64,000 nt of DNA from Elusimicrobiota bacterium (GCA_016209035.1 JACQWX010000035.1:45565-109564), one strand, 5' to 3'. Positions 19,609 to 30,077 are shown, counted from the first letter of the stretch. Numbers and translations: made by a program. The notes: generated from the sequence alone by a model not told the origin.

Positions 19609-21621
19609 CTAGCTCAGAGCCTGCAGACGCTTGAGCAGTTCCATGCCGCCGTAGAGCCGCTCGTCCGGGTTCGGGCGCAGGATGTCTGCGAAGACCGCGT
19701 CGAGCCCCTTGGGGAGCTCGGGCGACAAGGTCTGGGCAGGAGTGAACTTGGCGGCCTCCTTCTCCGCCAGGGAACCGCCGCGGAAGGGACGCGCGCCCGT
19801 CAGCATCTCGTAGAGGCAGATGCCGAAGGCGTAGATGTCCGAGGCCGGGACCGCCGGCCCCTTGTATTGCTCGGGCGCGAGGTAGGCCTGGGCGCCGGAG
19901 GCCTCCTTGCGGCCCAGGCGCGAGAGCGCTTCCTTGGCCTGCCGGGCGAGCCAGAAGTCGGTGATCCTGACCCCGCCTCGCTTGTCCACCAGGATGTTCG
20001 CGGGATTGAGGTCCGCGTGCACGACCTTCCCCCGATGGGCGCAGTCCAGGGCCTGGCAGACTTGGCTGGCGACGGCCAGGCCGTCGACGAACGGCCTGCG
20101 CTTCGACGCCTCCAGCATGCGGGAGAGGGGCTTGCCGTCCACATAGTCGGCCACCAGGAACAAATGCCCCTCGAAGGAGAACGCGTCGAAGAGGCCCACG
20201 ATGGACGGTTGGTTGGGCAACGCCAAGGACGTGGCCTCCTTGAGATACCGTCCGGCCTCGGCCGGGTCCGCGGAGAGTTCCGGCTTCATCCGCCTGATGG
20301 CCACCACCCGGCCGACCTTCTGGTCGAACCCTGAGTGGACGCGGCCCGTGGTGCCTTCGCCGATGAAGTCCGCGACCTCGTATCGCGAGGCCAGCTTGGC
20401 GCCGGAGTCCATGCTGCCGGCCTGCGCAACGCCTCCCCGGAAGGCCGGGAGGACGGCGCTGGGCGACTGGCGGGGCTCCCGCGCCGGAGCCGCGGGCGCC
20501 GGGGGAGCCTCGGCCCTGGAGCGCAGCCACTGGCTCAAGCCCATGATCATCCCGACCAGGGTGACCAGCGCCAATCCCGCCGCGATGGCGATCCTCGCGC
20601 CTTTGCCCAGCCCGCCCGCATCATCCTTCTTGCCTTTCTTCTCAGGCGGCCTTTCCCCAGGATAGAGGAAGAAGACGTCGGGATCGTCTTGGAGCGCCTG
20701 GACCGAAGCCAGGCTGCTCTCGTAGATGGGATCGAGAGCCGCGGCCTTCTTGAGCTCGTCCACCGACCCCTGCGAGTCGCCCAACCCCTTGAGAGCCCAC
20801 GCCTTGAGGGCGTGCGCCCGCGGGTCGGTCGGGTCGACGGTCAGCACCTTGTCCGCGGTCTCGACCGCCGCCTTGTAGCCCTTGGCGCAGTTGAGGGACT
20901 CTGCCTTTAGCTTGAGCAGGTTGAGGTCGTCGGGCGTGAGCTGGAGGCCCGCCTCGGCATCGGACAAGGCGGCGCGGCACTGCCGCTTGGACCTCAAGGC
21001 CACCCCTCGCAGGAGGAAGGCCCTGGGGTTGTGGGCATTGACCTCGATGGCCTCGGTGGCCAGCCTGATGGCCTCCCTGGCGTCGCCCGCCTCCAGCTTC
21101 GCCACGGCCTCGCCCGTCAGCCGCCTCGAGGCCTCGAACTGCGGATCCGCCATCGCCGGCTTCTCCGGTACCACCACCCCCGGCTCGAACTTCGGGCCTC
21201 CATCGTACCACTGGGGCTCCTTCGAGACGGCGGCGGGCGGCATTGGGGCGGCGGGCTTGGCGTCCGGCGCGCTCGCGCCGGCCTCCGGCGGAGCCCCGGG
21301 CATGGCCCCATCGGGCGAGTCGGTCCCCAACCGCTTGAGCGGGAGCTTGGGCGTGTATTTCGCCTTGGTCGGGAGGTCGGCCTTATCGCACGCCATCTGC
21401 GCGACGTCTTGGACGGTCCGGTTTCCGGGGTCCTGGCTCAAGGAGGCCCGGGCATCGGCGCAGGCCCCCTCCTTGTCCCCGCGCTTGAGCTTGTCGGCCG
21501 CCCGAGCCGCCAAGGCCGCGGGCCCGGAGGCGTCCAGGCCGGGAGTCACGCCGCCGTCATCCGCCGCGCCGACGACCGCCGCCGCCCAGAAGACCGCCGA
21601 GAGCACTCGGGCCCGTTTCAT
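19609..21621 (-). CDS. Membrane receptor: signal peptide, TPRs, TM helix, cytoplasmic Hanks-type (pseudo)kinase domain
   Basis: TPR helices, TM segment IAIAAGLALVTLVGMIMGL, then kinase subdomains IGEGTTG, VAIRR, HADLNPAN, DFW, YLAPEQ and SDIYAFG. Confidence 0.85.
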   Translation of the reverse strand: MKRARVLSAVFWAAAVVGAADDGGVTPGLDASGPAALAARAADKLKRGDKEGACADARASLSQDPGNRTVQDVAQMACDKADLPTKAKYTPKLPLKRLGTDSPDGAMPGAPPEAGASAPDAKPAAPMPPAAVSKEPQWYDGGPKFEPGVVVPEKPAMADPQFEASRRLTGEAVAKLEAGDAREAIRLATEAIEVNAHNPRAFLLRGVALRSKRQCRAALSDAEAGLQLTPDDLNLLKLKAESLNCAKGYKAAVETADKVLTVDPTDPRAHALKAWALKGLGDSQGSVDELKKAAALDPIYESSLASVQALQDDPDVFFLYPGERPPEKKGKKDDAGGLGKGARIAIAAGLALVTLVGMIMGLSQWLRSRAEAPPAPAAPAREPRQSPSAVLPAFRGGVAQAGSMDSGAKLASRYEVADFIGEGTTGRVHSGFDQKVGRVVAIRRMKPELSADPAEAGRYLKEATSLALPNQPSIVGLFDAFSFEGHLFLVADYVDGKPLSRMLEASKRRPFVDGLAVASQVCQALDCAHRGKVVHADLNPANILVDKRGGVRITDFWLARQAKEALSRLGRKEASGAQAYLAPEQYKGPAVPASDIYAFGICLYEMLTGARPFRGGSLAEKEAAKFTPAQTLSPELPKGLDAVFADILRPNPDERLYGGMELLKRLQALS

Positions 21622-21628
21622 GGCCTCG

Positions 21629-22861
21629 CTAGCGGACCTGCCCGGGCTCCGAGAGAAGCTCGCGCTCCAACGCGGCGTAGCGCTCCGTGACCTTGGAGAT
21701 GAAAGCGTGCTTCTCCGTGAAGTTGCCGGGGAAGAAGCTCCCCTTGAACCCGGCCACCACGAGCTTCCTCAAGGCGCGATGGTCGAGCTTGAGGTGCGTC
21801 ACGGCGAGCCCCAGCTCCCGCGTGACCGTGGTGGTCGAGACCAGCCGGTTGTCCGTGCAGAGGCTCACCGAGAGCCCCCGCTCGATCATCCGGCGGACGG
21901 GGTGTCCGGCGATGGAATTGATGGAGGGGTTGGTCTGCAGGTTGGAGGTGAGGCACACCTCGATGCCGATGCGCTGGGACGCGATGTACTCCGCGAGCTC
22001 GTCTACGAACCGCTTGCGGTCCGAGATCCTGGGCTCCTGGATCATCTTCTCAGCGAACAGGAAGGTGCCGTGGCCGATGCGATTGGCGTGGCACTGGGTG
22101 ATGGCTTGGAAAATGGACTCCGGCCCGTAGGCTTCGCCCGCGTGCACGGTCTTCTTGATGAAATGGTCGTGCGCGTACTGGTAGGCCTCCTTGTGCTTGA
22201 CCGCCGGGTAGCCCGACTCCTCCCCGGCCAGGTCGAAGCCGACGATGGGGAGGTCCTCCTTGCGCTTGAGCTCGACCGCGGCCCGGGCCAGCTCCAACGA
22301 GGCGGTGGCGTATACCTCCTGGTGCGGGGCGTAGTCCATGACGTGCAGGAGGTCCGCGTAGTACGGAGACATCCCACCCTTGAACCGCCGCATGGCGCAC
22401 ACGATGATCCCGTAGTGGAACGGGAGGTCCTTGCCCGAGCGGACCGCCGCCGAGGAGTTGTGCCGCTTGGCGGCGGCGGCCATGCCCCGGTCGACCGCGC
22501 GCACGACCTCCGCGGTGGACAGCGACTCGCAGGCGTGGAGCTGGGGGGCGAAGCGCGCCTCCACGTAGCGGACGTTCTCGCCGATGTTGTCCTGGACGAA
22601 CTCGTGGGCCACGCGCTCGAGGTTGTCGGGTGAGCGAAGCACCGCGGTCGTGATTGCGAAGCCGCGCAGATATTCCGGCAGATCCCTGTACGTCCTCTTG
22701 AAGACCAACTCCCTCAAGCCCGCCTCGGAGTACGACGGGAGCTTGACCTTGGCGCGCCGCGCCAGCTCGATGAGGGTGGCAGGGCGCAGGGACCCGTCCA
22801 AGTGCACGTGCAGGTCCGACTTGGGGATGCGCTTGATGAATTCTCCGAGGCCGTTGTCCAT
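21629..22861 (-). CDS. add: Adenosine deaminase family protein
   Basis: PKSDLHVHLDGS, FDLAGEE, TVHAGE, RIGHG, EVCLTSN and CTDN. Confidence 0.9.
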   Translation of the reverse strand: MDNGLGEFIKRIPKSDLHVHLDGSLRPATLIELARRAKVKLPSYSEAGLRELVFKRTYRDLPEYLRGFAITTAVLRSPDNLERVAHEFVQDNIGENVRYVEARFAPQLHACESLSTAEVVRAVDRGMAAAAKRHNSSAAVRSGKDLPFHYGIIVCAMRRFKGGMSPYYADLLHVMDYAPHQEVYATASLELARAAVELKRKEDLPIVGFDLAGEESGYPAVKHKEAYQYAHDHFIKKTVHAGEAYGPESIFQAITQCHANRIGHGTFLFAEKMIQEPRISDRKRFVDELAEYIASQRIGIEVCLTSNLQTNPSINSIAGHPVRRMIERGLSVSLCTDNRLVSTTTVTRELGLAVTHLKLDHRALRKLVVAGFKGSFFPGNFTEKHAFISKVTERYAALERELLSEPGQVR

Positions 22862-22920
22862 GACAACATCATGCCTTGCCGGCTACGCCGGTGTCAAGGA
22901 GTGTGCCCGAGGCGGCGGGA

Positions 22921-23553
22921 TCAGCGGATCGGGCCGGTGCAGGCGTAGACGAAGGCGGGCGGCGCGTTGCGGAACACCCACCGGCGGTCGATGTCCCTGA
23001 AGTAGTCCTCGAGGAACTCCTCGGCGGGAAATGTCGAGATGGCCCCCTCGAACCTCTTGAAGGGCACCGCGGTCCCGTGCATGTAGACCAGCTGGGTGAA
23101 CACGCCCTTGGGCCTTAAGCGCGCGACGACGGCCCGGAGGATATCGTGGCGCGTCCGGTCCGGCATCAGGGTCAGCCCCAGCGAGGAGGCGACAGCGTCC
23201 ACGTCGGAAAGCCCGCGGGCCGCCAGCGCCGGGAGCAGGCCCTCGGCCCCGCCGCAGACGACCTCGACCCTGGGGTCCTTGAACTGGGAGCGGGCGAACT
23301 CGGCCAGGGAGGCGTTGAGCTCGAAGGCCAGCAGGCGGGCGCTCGAAGGCATGCGCTCGAGGAGAGCCTGGGTGACGACCCCGGTGCCCACGCCGAACTC
23401 CACGACCAGCTTGGCCCGGCCGAGCCTGAGCGGCTCGACCATGTCCCGCACCACCGCCGGCGAACTGGGGAAGAAGGAGGCGGTCCGCTTGAAGTCCTTC
23501 ATCCCGGCCTTGACCATGAGGCGCAGCCGCTTGATGGGGGTAGGCTGATTCAT
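22921..23553 (-). CDS. Class I SAM methyltransferase (phospholipid N-methyltransferase PmtA-like)
   Basis: PSSPAV, VVEFGVGTGVVT, SSLGL and a C-terminal NAPPAFVY motif. Confidence 0.8.
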   Translation of the reverse strand: MNQPTPIKRLRLMVKAGMKDFKRTASFFPSSPAVVRDMVEPLRLGRAKLVVEFGVGTGVVTQALLERMPSSARLLAFELNASLAEFARSQFKDPRVEVVCGGAEGLLPALAARGLSDVDAVASSLGLTLMPDRTRHDILRAVVARLRPKGVFTQLVYMHGTAVPFKRFEGAISTFPAEEFLEDYFRDIDRRWVFRNAPPAFVYACTGPIR

Positions 23554-23893
23554 CGGTGCCAGGCGTCGCCGCGCCTGACGCCTAGTATATCATTCGTCCC
23601 ACTCCTTCGTGGGCCCTTGGGCTTCGCCGGAGTGGGCACAATTCGGGCGGGATCCTTCCCCTTTGGACCCTGCCGCAGGTCGCTGGTACAATAGGGCCAA
23701 GATGAAGCTGATGCCGGCGTTGGCGCTCGCGGCCTTGGCGTCCTACCAGGCATGGGCCGGGCCTGCGGCGCAGGCCCGACCGAAGGCCAAGCAAGCCCCC
23801 TCGACTCCTCCAGGCTCCCGGTAGGACCGCACCTCCTTGCCTGGCAAGGCAACGCCTTGCAGGCCCCGCCGATGTTCCGCTATACTCCGTTCC

Positions 23894-24520
23894 ATGCAGA
23901 CCATGACCATCACGGAGATGATGCGTCTCTCCATCGCGATGCCGGTCCTGGCCACGATCTCGGTGCTCGTGGCGGCCGTCGCGCTCGAACGCATGTATTT
24001 CTTCTGGATCGCCGCCCGGATGCCGGTGGGGCTGTGGTTCGCCATCCGCTCGAAGCTCGATGACGGCGACAAGGATGGCGCCCTGGCGTTGTGCCGGCGC
24101 TCGGAGTCCGTCATGGCCCAGGCCCTCTCGAGGCTCCTGCACCTGCCCAAGGCCGATACCGAATCCTTGATGGAGGCCTTCCAGCTCTACCGCCAGCGCA
24201 TGCAGCTCGACCTGTCCCGGAGGGTGGGGCTCTTCGGCACGGTCAGCTTCATCGCCCCCCTCATCGGCCTCTTCGGCACCGTGCTGGGCATCATGCGGGC
24301 CTTCCACGACCTCTCGGTGCAGGGCGTGGGCGGCCCCTCGGTGGTGGCGGCCGGCATCTCCGAAGCCCTCATCACGACCGCGGCCGGCATCGGCGTCGCG
24401 GTGGTGAGCGCCGTGCTCTACAACTACTTCACCATGGCGGCCCGCCACCGGCTCAACACCATGGACCTCTGGGTCCTGGAGCTCTCCGCGCTCCTTGAGC
24501 GACCGGACGCCGAAACCTGA
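23894..24520 (+). CDS. exbB: MotA/TolQ/ExbB proton channel
   Basis: [17 protein letters not shown] and [16 protein letters not shown]. Confidence 0.92.
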   Translation: MQTMTITEMMRLSIAMPVLATISVLVAAVALERMYFFWIAARMPVGLWFAIRSKLDDGDKDGALALCRRSESVMAQALSRLLHLPKADTESLMEAFQLYRQRMQLDLSRRVGLFGTVSFIAPLIGLFGTVLGIMRAFHDLSVQGVGGPSVVAAGISEALITTAAGIGVAVVSAVLYNYFTMAARHRLNTMDLWVLELSALLERPDAET

Positions 24521-24521
24521 C

Positions 24522-24986
24522 ATGGCCGGGCCCTGGCGGCGCGATGACGAGGCCGATCCCATCAGCGACGTGAACGTCGTGCCGTTGGCCGACGTGTCCT
24601 TGGTCCTGCTCATCATCCTGCTGGTCCTCTCGCCCATGACGGTCGAATCCAGGCTCCATGTGAAGACGGCGGCCAGATCCGCCGATGACGCGCCCTCGCC
24701 GGCCCCTGCGCTCGCGGCTGAGCCGCCCCAGCGCGTCAAGGACCTCGTCTTGATGGTGGACCTCGGGCCCGCGGGCGTGATGGTCGGCGACACGTTCTTC
24801 GCCGACCGCAGGGAGTTCCTGGCCTATATGCGCCTCGATCTCTCCACCAGGGCCGACCGGAAGGTCTTCCTCGCCCCGCATCCCGACGTCCCTCACGGCA
24901 TGGTGGTCGAGACCATCGAGCAGCTCAAGGCCTGCGGAGCGGACGCCGTGGCCCTGGTCCAGACCAGGGAATGGGGCTCCGACTAG
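24522..24986 (+). CDS. exbD: ExbD/TolR family protein
   Basis: VNVVPLADVSLVLLII TM helix with the conserved Asp. Confidence 0.88.
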   Translation: MAGPWRRDDEADPISDVNVVPLADVSLVLLIILLVLSPMTVESRLHVKTAARSADDAPSPAPALAAEPPQRVKDLVLMVDLGPAGVMVGDTFFADRREFLAYMRLDLSTRADRKVFLAPHPDVPHGMVVETIEQLKACGADAVALVQTREWGSD

Positions 24987-24989
24987 CCT

Positions 24990-25445
24990 ATGGCCAAGTA
25001 CCCCATCCTGAGGCTGGTGCGCAGGCAGGAGGAGGCCAAGCCCGTCACCGAGGTGAACATCATCCCGGTCATCGACATCTCGCTGGTCCTGCTCGTCATC
25101 CTGTTCGTGACCGCGCCGCTCCTCTCCGTGCCCAACGTGGCGGTGGACCTCCCGCCCGCGGGGCAGCCGGCGGGCCAGGACGCCTTCATCGCCGTCACTT
25201 ACGCGCTGGACGGCCGCATGAGCCTCATGTCCCAGCCCACCGACTGGCCAGACCTCGTGCGGGAGCTCTCCGGCGAAGTGAAGCGCAGACCCGGCGCGCC
25301 GGTGGTCCTCCGGGTGGACAAGGGCGTGCGCTACGGCGTGGTCCAGCGCCTGATCGCGGCCGCCAAGGACGCCGGCGCCTCCAGCATCGCCTTGGGCGGC
25401 CAGCCCAAGAAGCCTCCACCGAGGCGGGAGGCGCCAGGCACCTAG
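24990..25445 (+). CDS. exbD: ExbD/TolR family protein (second copy)
   Basis: EVNIIPVIDISLVLLVI; VLRVDKGVRYG. Confidence 0.9.
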   Translation: MAKYPILRLVRRQEEAKPVTEVNIIPVIDISLVLLVILFVTAPLLSVPNVAVDLPPAGQPAGQDAFIAVTYALDGRMSLMSQPTDWPDLVRELSGEVKRRPGAPVVLRVDKGVRYGVVQRLIAAAKDAGASSIALGGQPKKPPPRREAPGT

Positions 25446-25447
25446 CC

Positions 25448-26314
25448 ATGCTGCTCTCTCTGGCCGTCGCGGCGCTCATGGCGGCTCCGGCCTGGGCCGC
25501 AGGCCCAGGGGCATCCGAGAAGCCGGAGGAAGGCGCGACCCTCATCCGGCAGGACGTCACCATCCGTTCCAAGACGGTCGCCGGCCCCGACGTCAAAGCC
25601 CCGAGGCCTGGCCCGGCGCCGGCCGTCCTGCGGGAGGTGATCGAGTCCCTGGAGATCTACAAGCGCGAACATCCCGGGGAAGCCCAGCTCGTCAAGCTCG
25701 GCGCGACCCTCAGGCGCCTGGGCCTGCCCTTCCCTCGTCCGCCGTACCTCGTGTTCGCGCTGAAGAAAGACATGGATTTCGACTGGTGGCGCTTCGAGGT
25801 CCTCGACGGCGGCGTCCTGGTCTGGCACACCGCGGGCGAGGGGCCGCTCTACGGGAAGCTGGAATGGGACGGGACCGGGTATTCAGGCGCCATGGCGGCG
25901 CAGGTCGGCAGATCCTACCGCTGGAGCTTCTCGGCCGCGTTGGGCAAGGAGCGCTACGGCGCCGAGAGCGAGCCCATCGTGCTCACGTCCATGGCCTACG
26001 GCGAGGCCCTCGGGACCGGCCACCTCGAGGCCTCCAACGGCCTCGTCTTCGAGCCCAAGACCGCCCAATTCGCCAAGGACGCCAAGGCCTACCTCATCCC
26101 CATGGCCAACAAGCTGCGCGCCTCACGGATGGCCGACCAGGCCTACAAGCTCACGCTCTACCACGCCGACCCCGGCTCGCCCCTCTCCAAAGCCAGGGCC
26201 GCGGCCCTGCAGAAGTTCTTCTCCCAATACCTGGTCATCTCCCCGACGAGGGTCGAGGTCGAGGTCCGCTCCAGCCGCGAGCGCGGGGAAGCGCTGGACT
26301 GCCCCGTCCCCTGA
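25448..26314 (+). CDS. Exported protein with Ig-like segment and degenerate OmpA-like C-terminus
   Basis: Signal peptide MLLSLAVAALMAAPAWA; EWDG motif; LSKARAAALQKFF resembles the OmpA LSxxRAxxV helix. Confidence 0.6.
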   Translation: MLLSLAVAALMAAPAWAAGPGASEKPEEGATLIRQDVTIRSKTVAGPDVKAPRPGPAPAVLREVIESLEIYKREHPGEAQLVKLGATLRRLGLPFPRPPYLVFALKKDMDFDWWRFEVLDGGVLVWHTAGEGPLYGKLEWDGTGYSGAMAAQVGRSYRWSFSAALGKERYGAESEPIVLTSMAYGEALGTGHLEASNGLVFEPKTAQFAKDAKAYLIPMANKLRASRMADQAYKLTLYHADPGSPLSKARAAALQKFFSQYLVISPTRVEVEVRSSRERGEALDCPVP

Positions 26315-26570
26315 GAGCCGGGGGCCGTATTCCCCCTCATAGGACTGCGTAGAATTCCGTATTGGCGCGGAGCCAGGGCTGGAGTACAATCTATGTGGAT
26401 CCCATGGACTCGGCCGCCCCCCTCCCCCCGACCATCGCCCCGCAAACCCGGACGGAAGTCCCCCGCCCCGACGCGATCCCCGGCATCGTGACCCGGGAAG
26501 CGCCGCGGGTCCGGTTCCGCATCCGCTGGCGCTCCGCGGAGTGCTTCCGCATCCAGCCCGGCCTCGAAGG

Positions 26571-27308
26571 CTAAAGAAAGTTCTCGAGGCCGCGTTGGGC
26601 GACCAGCCTCGCCGCGGCGTCTAGCTTGGCCTGAGTGCCGATCTCGGCCCAGAGGCTCGCATCCGAGCGGAAAGCTCGGATGCTGGCGCCCTCGGCCGCC
26701 AGCCGCAGGTAGGTCCCGGTGATCGGGAAAGCGCCTGTCTCGGTCATGCGGTCGAACAAGGCGGGAGAGACCACATGGATCCCGTCGAAGGCGAGCTCGT
26801 CGGCCTCCGCCGCGGGCAGGCCGGCCCAGACCGGCGGCTGGTCCGCGGCCTTGCGGCCGCGGAGGTTCCCTTCCTTGTCGAACAGCAGATGACGGGAGCT
26901 GTCCCTTTCGCGCACGGATAGAGTCGCCAAGGCGCCCGCGGTCCGATGGACGCAGTACAGGCCCGCCAGGTCCACGGTGCTCAAGACGTCGGCATTATGA
27001 AGGAAGAAGTCCTGCCGACCGAGGAAGGCGGCAGCCTTCTTCAGCCCTCCGCCTGTCCCAAGGAGCTCCTCTTCCCTCGAGAATTCGAAGCGCACGCCGA
27101 AATACCCGTTCTTCTTGAGGAACTCCTCGATCATTTCGCCCTTGTGATGGAGGTTGATGACGACCTCGTCCACCCCGGCGGCCTTGAGCCTGCGGATGAC
27201 GAACTCCAGGACGGGGGTCCCCGCCACCTCGATGAGAGCCTTGGGCCCGGCGTCGGTGAGGGGCTTCAAGCGCGTGCCCTGGCCCGCGGCCAGGATCATC
27301 GCTTTCAT
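26571..27308 (-). CDS. Sugar-phosphate nucleotidyltransferase (MurU-like)
   Basis: MKAMILAAGQGTRLKPLT..PKAL and LGTGGG; coupled to the AmgK-like gene. Confidence 0.85.
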   Translation of the reverse strand: MKAMILAAGQGTRLKPLTDAGPKALIEVAGTPVLEFVIRRLKAAGVDEVVINLHHKGEMIEEFLKKNGYFGVRFEFSREEELLGTGGGLKKAAAFLGRQDFFLHNADVLSTVDLAGLYCVHRTAGALATLSVRERDSSRHLLFDKEGNLRGRKAADQPPVWAGLPAAEADELAFDGIHVVSPALFDRMTETGAFPITGTYLRLAAEGASIRAFRSDASLWAEIGTQAKLDAAARLVAQRGLENFL

Positions 27309-28744
27309 TCCAGGGCGAGGTGCGCGACCTCGACGTCGACGTCGAACTTCGACCGCAGGTGGTCGGCGAGCCGCTCGGCGCCGTAGACGGAGCGGTGCTG
27401 GCCGCCCGTGCATCCAAACGCCACGAGCAGGTCCGTGAAGTTCCTCGCCTGGTAGTTCTCCACGGTCTGGTCGATGATGCCGAAGACCTTCTCGAGCCAG
27501 CCATGGACCGCCTGCTCGCGGTCGAGGAAGTCGATGACCTCGGGGTCTTTCCCGGTCAGCTTCGCGAAGCGCTCGAGCTTGCCTGGGTTGGGCAAGGCCC
27601 TGCAGTCGAACACGTATCCCCCGCCGTGCCCCTTGGGGTCGGCCGGCACGCCGCTGCGGTAGGAGAAGCTCTGCACCCGGACCATGAGCCGGAGCTTGGC
27701 GTCCGTGAACTGCCTCAGGTACGAGGAGCCGATGAGCCCGTGGAAGACCTTGGTCAGGACCGGGATCTCGACGGGCATGCGCGCCGTGCGCAGGAGGTAC
27801 TCGAGGTTCCTGATGGCGTAGGGGATGCTCTTGAGGAAATGCACCTTCCTCTCGTAGAACCCCCGCAGGCCGTAGGTCCCCAGGGCCTGCATGATCCGGA
27901 TGAAGACGTAGCCGTGGAAGTTGCCGAGGAACTTCTCCTTGTCGAGAGGGATGATCCCGGAGACCGCCTCCATGTAGAGGTCCAGGAGGCGCTCGCGCAG
28001 GGAGAACGGCATGTCGGCCTTGCCATCGTAGAGAAGCGAGGCGATGTCGTACTGCAGGGCCCCCTTGCGGCCTCCCTGGTAGTCGATGAAGTGCGGGGTC
28101 CCGTGCCGGACCATGATGTTGCGCGACTGGAAATCCCGGTAGAGGAAGTAGTCAGCCTCGCCCTGGCAGAGGTAGTCGGCCAGTCTGTTGAAGTCCTCCT
28201 CCAGGGCGGACTCGTCGAAGGTCGCTTTGGAAAGGGTCAGGAAGTAGTACTTGAAGTGGTTGAGGTCCCACATCATGGATTGCCGGTCGAACCTGGCCCG
28301 CGGGTAGCAGATGGAGTAGTCCAGGACCCTGCCCGCCGTGATCTGGAACCGCGGCAGCATCCGGACCGCGGACTCGTAGAGGGAGACCACCTCGTCCGGG
28401 AAGCCCGCGCTCGTGCGGCGCTCGGAGAGGAACTCGAAGAGGTTGGTCTCGCCGAGGTCCTCCTCCAGGTAGAGGCCGCCGGCCAGGTCCTCGGCGTATA
28501 TCTCGGGGACGGGAAGGCCCAGGGCCCGGAACTGCCTCGAGAACCCCAGGAACGCGACGTTCTCCTTCGGGTCGGGGCCGTAGGCGCCGATGACCGAGCG
28601 CTTGGCGCTCTTGATGCGGTGGTACCTCCGGGCGGAGCCGTCGCTCCTCAAGGGGACGACGCTCTCGGCGTCTTCGCCGAAGCGGCTCCGGAACAGCTCC
28701 TTGAGCGAGTCCTCCAGGGCCGCGAAGGTCTCCGGCTTTTCCAT
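27305..28744 (-). CDS. AmgK-like aminosugar phosphotransferase fused to a RapZ C-terminal domain
   Basis: DGSARRYHR, EDLGE, YRDFQSRN and IDYQG; C-terminal SFSY...FDCRALPNPG...FGCTGGQHRSVY. Confidence 0.85.
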   Translation of the reverse strand: MEKPETFAALEDSLKELFRSRFGEDAESVVPLRSDGSARRYHRIKSAKRSVIGAYGPDPKENVAFLGFSRQFRALGLPVPEIYAEDLAGGLYLEEDLGETNLFEFLSERRTSAGFPDEVVSLYESAVRMLPRFQITAGRVLDYSICYPRARFDRQSMMWDLNHFKYYFLTLSKATFDESALEEDFNRLADYLCQGEADYFLYRDFQSRNIMVRHGTPHFIDYQGGRKGALQYDIASLLYDGKADMPFSLRERLLDLYMEAVSGIIPLDKEKFLGNFHGYVFIRIMQALGTYGLRGFYERKVHFLKSIPYAIRNLEYLLRTARMPVEIPVLTKVFHGLIGSSYLRQFTDAKLRLMVRVQSFSYRSGVPADPKGHGGGYVFDCRALPNPGKLERFAKLTGKDPEVIDFLDREQAVHGWLEKVFGIIDQTVENYQARNFTDLLVAFGCTGGQHRSVYGAERLADHLRSKFDVDVEVAHLALE

Positions 28745-28850
28745 GGCAGGACTCATTGTACTCAATTCCGCCATGGGATGCGCGGGGCGCATCCCATGGC
28801 GGTCCTTGTCATGGGGACTCCTCAATGCTATCTTCTCCGTCCGGAATCCC

Positions 28851-30032
28851 ATGGTCTCCCGCTGGCTCACCTTGAAGGAAGGCCTCAGCAGGAACGTCGT
28901 CGTCCTCAGCGTCGTGAGCGGGCTCACCGACGTCTCCAGCGAGATGCTCTACCCCATCCTGCCCCTGTTCCTGACCGGCGTCCTGGGCGCTCCCATGACC
29001 GTGGTCGGGCTCATCGAAGGGATAGCCGAGGCAACGGCCAGCATCCTCAAGGCGGCCAGCGGCTGGTGGTCGGACCGGGTCTCTGCCAGGAAGCCCTTCA
29101 CCCTCTGGGGCTACGGGCTTTCCGCCATCTCCAAGCCCCTCCTGGCCCTTGCCTCGACCTGGCACCTGGTGCTGCTCTCCCGCTTCCTCGACAGGGTGGG
29201 CAAGGGGGTCAGGACCTCGGCCCGTGACGCGCTCATCGCGGATTCGACCGGGAGCAGGCATTGGGGCAAGGCCTTCGGCTTCCACAGGGCCATGGACACG
29301 GCGGGAGCCGCCATCGGGCCGCTCCTGGCGCTCTACCTGCTCGAGATGCGGCATGTCAGCTACCAGGGCGTCTTCATCCTCGCCTTCGTCCCCGCCATCG
29401 CCGGAGTCCTGGTGCTGGCCGCCTTCGTGCAGGAAGCCCGCCCTCCGGGCTCGCCCCATTCCCATCACTCAAAGGAAGGGACAGTCCCGCTTTCGCCGGG
29501 GTTCAAGAGGTTCCTGCTCGCCTACGGCGTCTTCGCCGTGGGCAACAGCAGCGACGTCTTCATCCTGCTGAAGGCCAAGGACGCCGGCTTCTCCACGACC
29601 GCGGTCATCCTGGCGTACGTGGGCTACAACCTGGTCTACGCCCTGGCCGCGGCGCCCGCGGGCTGGCTCTCCGACAGGCTCGGCCGGGCCAGGACCATGG
29701 CCTTCGGCCTGGCGGTCTTCTCGGCGGTCTACCTCGGCTTCGCCCTGGCCTCTTCGCAAGCCGCCTTGTTCCTCCTCTTCGCGGTCTACGGCGTCTACGC
29801 CGCGTTCGCCGAGAACGTGGCAAAGGCCATGGTGGCGGACCTGAGCGTCCCCGAGAACCGCGGCGCAGCCATGGGGGCATTCCAGGGCACGACCGGACTC
29901 CTCGCCTTCGTGGCCAGCGCCCTGGCCGGCCTGCTCTGGACGCACGTCTCTCCGGCAACCCCCTTCATCCTGGCCTCGGCCTGCGGAGTCCTTTCAGCCG
30001 GCTTGGTGCTTGCGTTGCCTCCTCATAAATAG
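28851..30032 (+). CDS. MFS transporter
   Basis: DVSSEMLYP, GWWSDRV..RK, DRVGKGVRTSARDA and GWLSDRLGR. Confidence 0.92.
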   Translation: MVSRWLTLKEGLSRNVVVLSVVSGLTDVSSEMLYPILPLFLTGVLGAPMTVVGLIEGIAEATASILKAASGWWSDRVSARKPFTLWGYGLSAISKPLLALASTWHLVLLSRFLDRVGKGVRTSARDALIADSTGSRHWGKAFGFHRAMDTAGAAIGPLLALYLLEMRHVSYQGVFILAFVPAIAGVLVLAAFVQEARPPGSPHSHHSKEGTVPLSPGFKRFLLAYGVFAVGNSSDVFILLKAKDAGFSTTAVILAYVGYNLVYALAAAPAGWLSDRLGRARTMAFGLAVFSAVYLGFALASSQAALFLLFAVYGVYAAFAENVAKAMVADLSVPENRGAAMGAFQGTTGLLAFVASALAGLLWTHVSPATPFILASACGVLSAGLVLALPPHK

Positions 30033-30077
30033 CACAATCCCGTCCACATAGATATGGGAATTTGTTATCATAGGCGC

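Noticed and set aside
23702-23824. 40-aa ORF with a signal peptide (MKLMPALALAALASYQAWA)
   Set aside because: It has a -10 box upstream but stops right after the signal; probably a gene stub and too short to call.
26362-26574. Small Pro-rich ORF
   Set aside because: No recognisable motif and an uncertain start; cannot be supported.
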